A model generated the notes under the pieces. It was not told where the DNA came from, made no database searches, and saw nothing but the letters and a program-made list of their open reading frames with translations. The translations under genes were made by a program, and so were the position numbers. From assembly GCA_035084275.1 (NCBI GenBank), contig CM068771.1:5332644-5396000 (forward strand): a stretch of DNA of 63,357 nucleotides. The letters are read 5' to 3'. Shown piece by piece: positions 11,881-23,587 of the stretch; within the stretch, counting starts at the first letter, position 1, and the number at the start of each line of letters is the position of its first letter. This DNA comes from Hydrolagus colliei (Eukaryota).

Positions 11881-12776
11881 CACTCCTGATAGTCACAGTG
11901 ACATCTCTAACACAGTCTGATGGTAACTCCTCTGTATGTGGAGCTCCTGTGGCTCGGTGGTGAGAGCCGCTCACTCTCCTTACAAGTGTCAGACAGACCC
12001 GGGTTCGAATCCAGGCAGGTCCGGTCAGGGGCGAAANNNNNNNNNNNNNNNNNNNNNNNNNNNNNNNNNNNNNNNNNNNNNNNNNNNNNNNNNNNNNNNN
12101 NNNNNNNNNNNNNNNNNNNNNNNNNNNNNNNNNNNNNNNNNNNNNNNNNNNNNNNNNNNNNNNNNNNNNNNNNNNNNNNNNNNNNNNNNNNNNNNNNNNN
12201 NNNNNNNNNNNNNNNNNNNNNNNNNNNNNNNNNNNNNNNNNNNNNNNNNNNNNNNNNNNNNNNNNNNNNNNNNNNNNNNNNNNNNNNNNNNNNNNNNNNN
12301 NNNNNNNNNNNNNNNNNNNNNNNNNNNNNNNNNNNNNNNNNNNNNNNNNNNNNNNNNNNNNNNNNNNNNNNNNNNNNNNNNNNNNNNNNNNNNNNNNNNN
12401 NNNNNNNNNNNNNNNNNNNNNNNNNNNNNNTCCCTCCCAAAAAAAGCCACAATAATAAAAATTGGTCATTTTCAACCCACGGCTGTTTGTAGGTGGGGGG
12501 GGGGACGGGGACGACGACGACGGACGCTGCTGTGCGCAAATGTCTGCCGCGTTTCGCCCACAAATATACGTACATACAGTCACTACACTTACAGTGCATT
12601 CTGCGAAGCGCTTTGAGACGTCGCTATGATGTGACAAAAAAAAGCGGTATCAAATGCCAGGACTATTATCGTGATATTATTTACGTGTCTCCGTCCGTCT
12701 TTCCCTCTATCGCTCTGTCTCCCCCTCTCCCCCCCCCCTCTCTCTCCCCCTCCCCCCCCCCCCTCTCTCTCTCTCT

Positions 12777-12813
<37 letters not shown>

Positions 12814-12832
12814 TGTCTCTCTCTGTCCATAC

Positions 12833-13021
12833 CTGGAGGCTTTTCTCCTTGTGTGTGATGATGTTGAGTAGTCCGTCCAGCCGAGTTTGCTGCTGGCAGC
12901 TCGTCTGTCTCCGCTCTTCTAGACACCGACTCAACAAACTCTCCTTGTCCTTCAGACTCGCGCGCAGACTGGCCGAGACATCAGGGCCCCCTCTCAGTCC
13001 CCGGCCCGGGACAGTCAACGC
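12833..13021 (-). CDS. Coiled-coil exon (ALTVPGRG...LKDKESLLSRCLEERRQTSCQQQTRLDGLLNIITHKEKSLQ)
   Basis: ctctctcag| and |gtatgg, 189 bp, phase 0-0. It joins in frame to the 11060-11251 exon. Confidence 0.65.
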
Positions 13022-14351
13022 CTGAGAGAGAGAGAGAGGGGAGAGAGAGAGAGAGAGAGAGAGAGTCAGAGAGAATAATATTCATAATAATAATAATAAT
13101 CCTTGCATTTGATGTGAGAGAGAGAGAGTCAGAGAGAATAATATCCATAATAATAATAATAATCCTTGCGTTTGATGTGGCGCTTTTCACATCTTATCGA
13201 CGTCTCAAAGCGCTTCACAGACTAGACTGTCAAGTGAAGTGACTGTATGTTTTGTGGGCGAAACGCGGCAGCCGATTGCGCACAGCGGCGTGTGTGTGTG
13301 TGTGTGTGTGTGTGTCCCCCCCCCCCCANNNNNNNNNNNNNNNNNNNNNNNNNNNNNNNNNNNNNNNNNNNNNNNNNNNNNNNNNNNNNNNNNNNNNNNN
13401 NNNNNNNNNNNNNNNNNNNNNNNNNNNNNNNNNNNNNNNNNNNNNNNNNNNNNNNNNNNNNNNNNNNNNNNNNNNNNNNNNNNNNNNNNNNNNNNNNNNN
13501 NNNNNNNNNNNNNNNNNNNNNNNNNNNNTGTGTTTTACATGAATAACCTGATCTCTTTGTGAGTTATTCCACGACACCTCCGCCCGCCCCACTCAGTGGT
13601 TAGAGCCACTTACGTAAGATCTGTGTTCGAATCCAGGCAGGTCAGGGGGACGTCTCTCCGATGTGGACAGTCACTGCTTCAGACCCGAGCTGGGGACGGA
13701 GGTGGGGAGGGAGGGAAGGTGGGGGGGGAGGGATTAGGAGTTGCCGATGGGACCATCGAAGAGGAGAGTCTTGAGGTGGAACATGAAGGAGGCCTAGGGA
13801 GGGGGGGGGAGTGGGGGGGGGGGTGGGGGGCGAAGGCAGCTGTAGTCCTGGAGTCGAGGGTAGAGGGCAGAGAGAGAGAGTTGGGTGTCATCCGCATACA
13901 CACCGAATAATAAAATAATAATTCCCTCCAAAAAAACACAATCATAAAAATTGGTCATTTTCAACCCATGGCTGTGCGTATGGGGGAGACGCTGCTGTGC
14001 GCAATCGGCTGCCGCGTTTCGCCCACAAATATATACAGTCACTTCACTTTACAGTGTATTCCGTGAAGCGCTTTGAGACGTCGATCAGATGTGAAAAACG
14101 CTGTATCAAATGCAAGGATTATTATTATTCTTTGTGGTAGTTAACCCCACGTCTGCCAAGTGGGAGCACTGTGAACGTCGAAAAGTAAGGGGGGCTCGAG
14201 GATAGAGCCCTGGGGGGGGGGGGGGGGGGAAGCCACAGGTGAGGTGAGGGTGCGGGGGCCTGAAGACAGAAGTGTAGACGATGTGCTCAGGCTCTGTGTT
14301 ATTGTAAAGCTGTTTCGTTGAGTAACCCCCCTCTCTGTTTACTCCGCGCAG

Positions 14352-14508
14352 GTGACTCTGGTTGACGCCCCGAATCCTCACCTGTTTGTCAGGCGGTTCA
14401 GGGGAAGTCCAGGACATCCCTGCGGGAGGCCGAGGCCCTGATCACCAGCCTGACACGAGACAACCAGAGTTTCAACCCCAACCAGTACTACATCATTTCC
14501 TATCCAAG
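14352..14508 (+). CDS. Exon of unrecognised gene, SOUL/HEBP2-like C-terminal segment, with one frameshift
   Basis: ctccgcgcag| and |gtgacg. VTLVDAPNPHLFVRRFRG switches, at a GGGG run one base short, to KSRTSLREAEALITSLTRDNQSFNPNQYYIISYP. By eye this resembles the SOUL pattern VFVRSFDG...L..L...L..D...F....YY...Y.S. Confidence 0.45.
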
Positions 14509-15899
14509 GTGACGAACGAAACCTGTCCGTCCGCGTCCACTTCAGCGAACCGGAGTCCTGTGGTTAGAGCGCTGGCCTCGCAAAGCCAGAGGACGCGGGT
14601 TCGATTCCCGGGGGGCTTGGGCAAGATCTGAATCTAGGAAGAGAGAGGTGGGTGTGGGGGGGGGGGGGGGGGAGGGGAGGCGAGGAGAAGGGAGTGAGGA
14701 AGGGAGTTCCAGAGATTGGGGGGGGGGGGGGGCGTAGCGGCTGAAGGCAAGGCCGACGATGGTGGAATGGAGGATTCGGGGGGCGGGGGGGGCGGGGGGC
14801 AAGGAGGAGACAAGATGGATTTTATGGATTGTGGTGGAGGGGAGAACCAGCGAGGAGGGCGTGTGCGCAGTCCAGCCGAGAGGTGACAGAGGCCTGATAG
14901 TGTCGGAGTCTGAGCTGGGGGAGAGGGGAGGGGAGGGGAGGGGAGGGGAGGGGAGGGGAGGGGAGGGGAGGGGAGGGAGATTCAGTCGAAGAGGAAGGTC
15001 TCTGGTCACGGTCCAAAAGAGGGGGGGGGAGGAGGGGACGAGGCAGAGGGATTGAGGGAGAGAGTTCCACAGTTTCTGAGGGCGGGGTAGCGGCTGAAAC
15101 CACGACAAGAACAAACATCAAATTTGCATTTGTAGACAGCCTTTCACGCCCGGAGGATGTCCCAGGGCGGAGGGGAGGGGACGAGGGCCGCACGGGAGGC
15201 CAGGGTGGAGGCCGTGGACAGCGGGCTGGGGGAGTGAGGAGTAAGTAATAATAATAACAATCCTCTCGTTTGATAAAGAGCGCGTTTCACATCTCATCGA
15301 CGTCTCAAAGCGCTTCACTGAATAAAGGCTGTAAAGTGAAGTGACTGCATATGTGTTGGGCGAAACGCGGCGGCCAGTTGCGCACGGCAGCGTCCCTCCC
15401 CCCCCCCCCCCCACACACACACACACACACACGGTCGTGGGTTGAAACCACCGATTTTTAATTACATTGTGGTTTTTTGGGGGGACGGAATATTATACTG
15501 AGAATATAATAATAATAATAATAATAAAAGAAAGAGAGACTAAGAGAGAGACTGAGAGACTTAGAGACAGAGAGACTGAGATTTAGAGAGAGTGTGTGTG
15601 TGTGTGTCTGAGAAACTGAGACAGAGACAGTGTGTGTGTTTGTGAGCGTGTGTGTGAGAGACTGTGAGAGATAGACACTGAATGTGTGTGTGTGTGTGTG
15701 TCTGTGAGAGAGAGACACTGTGTGTGTGTGTGTGTGTGTGTGTGGAGTAAGGAAACTTGCCCAAGGTTTTGCCCTGACCTGCCAGGATTCGAACACAGGC
15801 CTCACCTGGCTTGGTAAGGCGAGTGAGTGGCTCTAACCACTGAGCTACAGGCGCTGTATCAAATGCGAGGATTAATCCCTGTTGTTGTGTTACGCTCAG

Positions 15900-16436
15900 C
15901 GTGGCTGGGATCCCCGAGTCCTGGCGCAGACCTGCCCTCGGCCTCCCCCATGTGGATCCCCTGGAGGAACTCTTCAGCACTGACCCTCTGGCCGAACGCG
16001 GACGCTTCGGGGACGAGGAGGAGGAGGAGCGAGGCCCCTGGAGTGGGAGGAGAGACGGAGGGAGGCTGAGGGACGGGCGGGAGGCGGGAGGGAGAGGCCA
16101 GAGAGAGCACGGCCAGAGATGGGGGGGCCACCAAGATGACCACCAGGATAGCCGCCGCGGCCACCAAGATGGCCGCCAGGGCCACCAAGATGGCCGCCAG
16201 GGCCACCAAGATGACCGCCAGGGCCACCAAGATGGCCGCCAGGGCCACCAAGATGGCCGCCAGGGCCACCAAGATGGCCACCAGGGCCACCGAGGCCGCG
16301 GGCATCATGGCGACCGAGGCCTTGGGGGCGGCCGAGGCCACGGGTATCACGGCAACCAAGGCCGAAGGCCCGGGGGCCGTTGGGGAGACGAGGAGGAGAG
16401 GAGGAGGGACCATGCCCCCCACAGGCCCGGACCCCG
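15900..16436 (+). CDS. Low-complexity exon: acidic run plus 21-bp tandem repeats (GHQDGRQ)n
   Basis: ttacgctcag| and |gtgagt, 537 bp. The phase 2-2 frame is open end to end and matches the phase-2 donor at 14508. Confidence 0.6.
16126..16292. repeat. 21-bp coding minisatellite GGCCACCAAGATGGCCGCCAG, about 8 copies
   Basis: Directly visible. Confidence 0.9.
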
Positions 16437-16956
16437 GTGAGTCGAGAGAAGAATAATCATTGTTAATAATAATAATAATAATCATAATAATACTGAGCGT
16501 CTGCGTTGACCTCGGCTCCTCCTCACAACCTCGAGACGGGTCAGAGTCAGAGCGCGTCACACGACTGTCAAAGCCGGTTGTCTGTGAAGCGCTTTGAGAC
16601 GTACATAAGGTGTGAAAAGTGCTGCGTCAAACACCAGGACTAGTATTATTATTATTATTATAGACACAGAGACAGACACAGAGACAGAGACTGAGACAGA
16701 CGGACATAGGGCCNNNNNNNNNNNNNNNNNNNNNNNNNNNNNNNNNNNNNNNNNNNNNNNNNNNNNNNNNNNNNNNNNNNNNNNNNNNNNNNNNNNNNNN
16801 NNNNNNNNNNNNNNNNNNNNNNNNNNNNNNNNNNNNNNNNNNNNNNNNNNNNNNNNNNNNNNNNNNNNNNNNNNNNNNNNNNNNNNNNNNNNNNNNNNNN
16901 NNNNNNNNACAGACAGAGAGAGAGAGTTGGGGGTGGTGGTGAGGCAGGAGGTTGAC

Positions 16957-17312
16957 CCGGACCCTCCGTCCAACAGGACTTGTCCTGCTCCAAGCCCCCC
17001 GCCCGAACCGCCCCCCCACGATCGGAGGCCGGGCCTTCAGTTTCTCCGCTCCCACCCTATGGAATGCCATCCCTCAATCCCTCCGTTTCGTCTCTTCCCT
17101 TTCCTCTTTCAAGGCCGGTTTGAAGACTTTCCTCTTCGATCGTGCCTTTTGTTCCCCACCCCCCGAACTCTTTTACCTCCCCTTCGTGTCTCACCCCTTC
17201 CCAAACACTCCCCTCCCAGCTCGGGTCACACGCCTCCTGTGCAGCGCCTTGGGACGTCCTCCCGAGGTGAAAGGCGCTCTATAAATGTAAATTGTTGTTG
17301 TTGTTGTTGTTG
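16957..17312 (+). mobile_element. L2 LINE 3' fragment
   Basis: Translates to [31 protein letters not shown]. It has the tail GCGCCTTGGGACGTCCTCCCGAGGTGAAAGGCGCTCTATAAATGTAA(TTG)n. Confidence 0.8.
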
Positions 17313-17354
17313 AGGATGGATGGCTTGTGTGATGTGTGCCTTGTTGTATCCCAG

Positions 17355-17430
17355 CTCTGCTCAGTGCCAGCGGAATGAGGTGTGTTTCAGTGCGAGTGGA
17401 AATCCTGTCTGTCCTGAGCAGCCCGAGTGA
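17355..17430 (+). CDS. Candidate last exon (SAQCQRNEVCFSASGNPVCPEQPE*), follistatin-N/EGF-like Cys spacing
   Basis: gttgtatcccag| acceptor in phase 2, TGA at 17428-17430, and AATAAA at 17510-17515. Confidence 0.5.
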
Positions 17431-17878
17431 GCGGATCCCTGTCAGTGACTCTGGGACTCGCTCCCACATCAACAACAACAACATACACTGAGCGGCCTGG
17501 AGCGTTGGGAATAAAGTACCAACTCTAACAATGTAAACTCTTAACAATCTCTCGCTCTCTCTCTTTCGTTCCCTCCCTCCTTCCTATTCCCCACCATCCT
17601 CCACCTTCTCTCATTCTGTCTCCCTCTCCCCTCCATCTCCTCCCTCCCTCCCTCCCCTTCTCTCTCCCCCGGTTTTCTCTCTCATTTCCTCTTCTCTTTC
17701 CCTCCCTACCTCTCCCCTTCTCTCTCTTCCCCCCTCTCTCTCTCTCTCTGCCCACCTCTCCGTTCTTTGTTGATTCACTGACTTTTCGCAATGAAAATTT
17801 ATTAGTTCATCAACTTCTTGCGTCTTTCAAACATCTCACAGCATTTCGCACCATTAACAATACAACAGCAATACTTGT

Positions 17879-17983
17879 GGAAGCTCCTGTGGCTCGGTGG
17901 TTAGAGCCACTCGCCTTCCAAGCGTGAGACCTGGGTTCGAATCCAGGCAGGTCAGGGCAAAACCTTGGGCAAGTTTCCTTACT

Positions 17984-18018
<35 letters not shown>

Positions 18019-18495
18019 CCTAATAATAAAAGAGAGAGTGACAGAGACAGACAGAGAGAGAAAGAGAGGGAGGGAGTTAGAGAGAGGAGGGAGTGAGTTA
18101 GAGAGGGAGGGAGTGAGTTAGAGATGGAGGGAGTGAGTTAGAGATGGAGGGAGTGGGTTAGAGAGGGAGGGAGTGAGTTAGAGATGGAGGGAGTGGGTTA
18201 GAGAGAGGAGGGAGTGAGTTAGAGAGAGGGAGTGAGTTAGAGATGGAGCGAGTGAGTTAGACAGGGAGGGAGTGAGTTAGACAGGGAGGGAGTGAGTTAG
18301 AGAGGGAGGGGAGGGTTTGAGAGAATAAAACCACAATAATAAAATCAGGTCATTTTCAACCCACGACTGTGTGTGTGTGTGTTTGTGTGGGGGGAACGCC
18401 GCTGTGCGCGATCGGCTGCCGCGTTTCGCCCACAAATATATAAACAGTCACTACACTTTACAGTACATTCTGTGAAGCGCTTTGAGACGTCGATG
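17879..18495 (+). mobile_element. tRNA-derived SINE expanded by internal (CA)n and a 20-bp GA-rich array
   Basis: Head with A/B boxes at 17884-17945, repeats at 17986-18320, then the body and the GTGAAGCGCTTTGAGACGTC tail. Confidence 0.8.
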
Positions 18496-19380
18496 GTAAG
18501 AAGACGCTTTGAAGGTGAGGACGAGGATCTTGAATTGGATCCTCTGGGGGACGGGGAGCCAATGGAACCGGGTGAGGGTGGGGGGCGATTGAAGCGCTCT
18601 GAGACGCCGCCCGGTGTGGAGGGCGCTGTGTAAAGTTGTTGTTGTTGTTGATGTGGTCGCGGAGCCTGGTGGGGACACGAGCTGCGGAGTTCTGGATGAT
18701 CTGCAGCTTGCGAAGGAAAGAACCAGGAAGACCGATGAGGAGGGAGCTTCAACAAATGAACAGGGGCAGAATTCTGACCCTCTGAAGACACGCCGGGCTA
18801 AAGAGAACGAAAGCCAGTCGATGGTGTAGAGTTTCTGACCCTTTCAACTGCCTTTGAGCAGTTATAGGATCGATGTATGACACAAGCGTAAGAACCTACA
18901 GAACCCAAAGTTTTAACCTGCTGGTATTACATGAACTGCTCTTACATTTGGGTCATTGAAATTCACAACTCTGCCGTCCGCACTGAACTCCATCACACCA
19001 GCCCTCGCCAGGCTCCACTGGGTCCCGATTGCCAAACAGATCGATTTCAAGATCCTCTCACTCGTCTTCAAACCCACCTCTCCGACTTGCTTACCCCCCC
19101 CACAATCCAAGTACCCTCTGGAGCAGTCTCCCTCTGTGACTCTACCTTCCCACATCCTTCCCCATCTTCAGATCACGCCCGAAGACCTTGTTTCACCCAC
19201 CTACCCCATCACACGACATTGTGTTTCCGCCAATATCAATCGCTCCAGGGGCACGTCCCTGCCTGGGGACGCTGTGTAAATTGCCGTATTGAATCTTACT
19301 AATCGCACTAATAATAATTCTTCTTTTTGATATAGCATGTCAACGAATATGGGTCCGTTCTTATAACCCTAACCCTGATA

Positions 19381-19591
19381 CAGTAAAAGCCCGTTTATCC
19401 GTGACCCGATCAACCGTAACTTCCGTATCACCGGCATCTCGAAACGAAGGTCCGCATTCGATTGACCGGACTTTATCCGGAAAAATGCTTTTTTTTTTTG
19501 TGTGTGTGTGTGTTTTCGGCCAAATATCCGGTAGGCTCTTTAACCGGCACTGGCCAGGCCCCGAGGACGCCGGATAAACAGGCTTTTACTG
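19381..19591. mobile_element. Tc1/mariner (Tigger/pogo-type) MITE
   Basis: 21-bp TIR CAGTAAAAGCC(C/T)GTTTATCCG with one mismatch, and TA on both flanks. Confidence 0.85.
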
Positions 19592-21539
19592 TATTACAAA
19601 TGAACTACAGTCAACGTTCACAGTGATATTCACAAGACGTTCCTCCTGATGTGAAAGGCGCTCTATCAACGGAGTTTTGTTGCTTTGGAAAATAAGCCTG
19701 AAAATCACTTTTACAAACTTTTCTACAACCACCGCGCGTATTTTTTCTTTCTCTTTGTGCTTTGATAAGCCTTCAACTCGTCGTTTCACTCCCGCGGCAA
19801 TGCTCAGAACGAGAAGGCAGAGGACAGAGTGTGCCGCCGAAGAGTTAGGGCTCGAAAGACGGGAGGGAGCGAGCTGGAGGGAGTCTGGGGATGGAATTCC
19901 AGAGAGCAGGGGGCAAAATAGCGATGGTGGGGGCAGATGGGGTGTGGGGGACATGAAGCAAGTCGATGTTTGCTGGGCAAAACACCAGCTTTTGGACTTG
20001 CTGTGGAGTCCTGTAGCTCAGTGGTTATAGCGCTCGCCTTGGGTTCAAGTTCAGTCAGGGCAAAATCTTGCAAGTTTCCTTACTCTATACGCCTGATAAT
20101 AATCCCTCAAGAAAAATAAATAATAATAAACGTTTCAATCCACGACTGTTTGAGGGACACTGGGTGGGGGGGGAGGGGGGCTAACGGATTGGCGAAGTGT
20201 CCATCGAAGAGGACAGTCTTGAGGCCAGACTTGAAGGAGGCCAGGGAGGGAGGGGAGGCGAGCGATGCGGAGGGACTGCGGGATGGAGTTCCAGAGTGAA
20301 TGAAAGGCTCGCCCGCCAATGGTTGGGTCGGGCGGACATGGAGGAGGCCAGAGCCTGCTGAGCGGAGGGAGGGGGCAGGCAGGTCGGTAAGGGGGATAGG
20401 AGGTCACGGATGTAGGGTGGGGTGAGGTTGTGGAGGGCTTTAAACAACACCATCATCCAGCACACAGCACTGTACCACAGGTGAATTCATTTGATTCTCG
20501 GGTGATTTTTTGAGGGTCAGCCAGTGATGTATTTAATTATTCCTTAAACATCAATGATATTCTTGATTTATATCAAATTGATTAATTTTATTGGAAGTCT
20601 GTATGTGACACATAGTTTAGCTGTTTCTATCTTTACTATAATCTCAAATCCAATCTCCCACTTTCTCCCCGTATCAACAACAACAAAATTACACGTGTAT
20701 AGCGCCCTTCATTAGCGCCTTGGGACGTCCTCCCGATGTGAAAGGCGCTATATAAATGTAAATTGTTGTTGTTGTTGTTCATGTCAGGAGGACATCACAA
20801 GTCACACTATAAAATTACACACTATAAAAGATTACACTAAAAACACCCATCGCTTATAGTGTAACTATAGACAGTGAGACAAGCTTACACACTGGACTGC
20901 GACAGGCCATCTTGTTTACAGATATCAAAGTGACTTTGGAGATTCCAGTGGGATTCTGACCAGAGCCCCCAACTGGGACACTGGGCATGGCCGTAGAGAA
21001 GAATGTCAGCCAATATCCCGTCTTGAATGTATGAGCTCACACACTGGATGGCAAGTCAGATTCTCTCAGCACAAGGTCAGGGACAAGTTGCTGATGAGGA
21101 CTAGTTGCAGATAAAAAAAGGTCTGTCACATTTTGCTCCCACTCACTTGGCATTGGGTTCCTCTGATGCTCTGAATGTTCTGTGAAGGCCTCCATGGTTT
21201 TGCTCCACCCTACCTGTGCAACCACCCAACCTGCCCACTCCCTCCATTCGGTGGTGTCCGGCTAGCTCCACCCAACCACCCACCCCATCATCAGGCACTT
21301 TGCCCTCCCAGACTTTGGAATTCCACCCCCAAACCCTCTGCCTCTTCCACTTCCTAGGCTCCTTCAAGTCCCGTCTCAAGATCCTCCTCTTCGATGGTCC
21401 CATTAGACCCCGCTCAGGCCCTCCCTTCACTTCCCGTCACAAACTCAGCTCAAAACTGGGTCAAAAAGCACAGAATCAAACCTTCGGCTCCATCCAAACC
21501 TCCTGGTTATAACAGTCGTACAGACGCAACCCTTCCTCA

Positions 21540-22081
21540 CTAAAACTTCACTGGGCAGAGTGTCAGAGGCCCAGAGTTTTTCACGTCAAAATTATCCCAG
21601 GGATTGAAGAGAGGATAGAGTTTCCCAGTGAAAGTGTCGGGGAAAGTGTGGAGATGAGACATGTGATCAGCGTCGTAAAATGACACCTGTCCCCCCTCAT
21701 AGTCCAGGTAAACTCCGACCTTCCCGGGTCTCGCTGTCAGGGGCAGGGGGGTGAGAGGTGACGTCACAGCCCAATAGACCCCGTCCACCTGCCTCACTGC
21801 CCAGAGCCCACCCTCTGGTGACAATGTGATTTGTTGATTCCTGTTGACAGACTCGCTGATGAGTCCCACAGTCCACCTTGTCTTGTTCCCCACCTGCACC
21901 TCCCAGTAATGTCTCCCTGATGTGAAGCCCTCAGATGCCAGGACCACAAAATATTCGCTAAACCTCTTTGGGTTGTCAGGGAGATGCTGCTGTTTGTATT
22001 TGTATCTCACGCTGGTCAGGTCTTTGGATAGGATGAGCCAGGCATTGGCTGTGTCAGGATCCAGAGTCAGAGAGGCTGGAG
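21540..22081 (-). CDS. BTN-A exon 7: B30.2 (PRY-SPRY) domain
   Basis: ctctctcag| acceptor in phase 1. Reads [13 protein letters not shown]...[12 protein letters not shown]...[17 protein letters not shown]...LYPLFNP...CPVKF*. Confidence 0.92.
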
Positions 22082-22174
22082 CTGAGAGAGAGAGAGAGAG
22101 AGAGAGAAATAACACTATGTGGGAGTGAGTAGGGGGCATGTGAGGGTATTGTGAGGTCTGGCCCGTCTCCACTG

Positions 22175-22633
22175 GCTCCCCATCCTCCAGAGGATCGAGT
22201 TTAAGATCCTCGTCCTCACCTACAAAGCCTTACACGGCCTTGCCCCATCCGACCTAACCGATCTACTCTCCCCCCACAAGCCCACCCGGACCCTCCGTTC
22301 AACAGGACTTGTCCTGCTCCAAGCCCCCGCCCGAACCGCCCCACCATCGGAGGCCGGGCCTTCAGTTTCTCCGCTCCCACCCTATGGAATGCCATCCCTC
22401 AATCCCTCCGTTTCGTCTCTTCCCTTTCCTCTTTCAAGGCCGATTTGAAGACTTTCCTCTTCGATCGTGCCTTTTGTTCCACCCCGAACTCTTTTACCTC
22501 CCCTTCGTGTTTCACCCCTTCCCAAACACTCCCCTCCCAGCTCGGGTCACACGCCTCCTGTGCAGCGCCTTGGGACGTCCTCCCGACGTGAAAGGCGCTT
22601 TATAAATGTAATTTGTTGTTGTTGTTGTTGTTG
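22175..22633 (+). mobile_element. L2 LINE 3' fragment
   Basis: [27 protein letters not shown] motif and an L2 tail. Nearly identical to 16957-17312 over about 350 bp. Confidence 0.85.
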
Positions 22634-22836
22634 ATTGTGAGGATGTATGTAGGGTGGGAGTATGTAGGGGTGTGTATGGATCGATGCATGTGGGGGGGGG
22701 GGGGGGGGGGGGAGCGATGCACGTGTGTGGGGGTAGGGCTGTGTGTGGGGGTGCACTGTGTGCGGTGGGGGGGTGCTGTGTAGGTGGGGGAGGCTGTGTG
22801 TGGGGCAGCTGTGTGTGTTGAGGGGGCTATGTGTGT

Positions 22837-22867
<31 letters not shown>

Positions 22868-23560
22868 GAGCTGTAGGTGTGGGGTTGCTGTGTGAGTAGG
22901 GGCGCTGTGTATGATTCTGTGAGGGTGTGGGGGAGGTGTTGAGGGTGCTGTGAGGGTGTGTGGGGCGGAACGTGACGATGTGCGTTTGCGGGCGGAGGGA
23001 AGGGAGTATGACGCAGGTGAGGTGATATAGTTGGAAACTTCAATATTTTTCCTGTGTTGTAGTATAATACTGTTGTTGTCGTCACATTGTACATAAACAG
23101 GGACGTGTGAATTGTCAGACAATCGGTGACTGAAATTCAACAGCAAATGACTCAAAAAACTGAAACCGAGAATCTTAAAAGCCAATCTGTTTTGCTGGCT
23201 GTTTTCCTCTCACCTTTTAATGAACTTTTCTGATATTTTCACAGTGACACTTCTACCTCATTGTCTCGTTTGGTCCCCAAAATATAGTCAATTCACTCTA
23301 CAGTATATTCTGTGAAGCGCTTTGAGACGTCGATAACACGTGAATAGAGCTGTGTCGCTGTATATAGCGATAATAATAGGATTATTATTTGGATTATTAT
23401 TTTACTGCGCCTTCCACAATTGCCGTGTCCACTCTACACATCACTGACCAATCTGTCACCGATCGCTGGAGTTCCGTTCACGGTGATCAGTCCCAGAGTT
23501 TAGCAACGAATGGGGCAGGTTTATGTGACTATTGCGTTCTCTGGTGACCGAGACTCTTAC

Positions 23561-23587
23561 CTGCACAGTTGGTAAGCTTTCTCCTGT
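23561..23587 (-). CDS. BTN-A exon 6: 27-bp exon
   Basis: ttcttgtttccag|ACAGGAGAAAGCTTACCAACTGTGCAG|gtaaga, phase 1-1. Confidence 0.85.

Noticed and set aside
15859-16560. Minus-strand ORF with hydrophobic (AILVALA)n as a membrane protein
   Set aside because: The flanking splice sites are on the plus strand and the ORF ends lie in repeat or SINE sequence. It is most likely the antisense shadow of the plus exon.
2998-16993. ORFs containing long X runs
   Set aside because: They are open only because N gaps contain no stop codons.
18712-18829. Possible last exon of the unrecognised plus-strand gene
   Set aside because: A closer, phase-compatible exon with a stop codon and AATAAA exists at 17355-17515. 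The acceptor here lacks a pyrimidine tract and adjoins L2 sequence.
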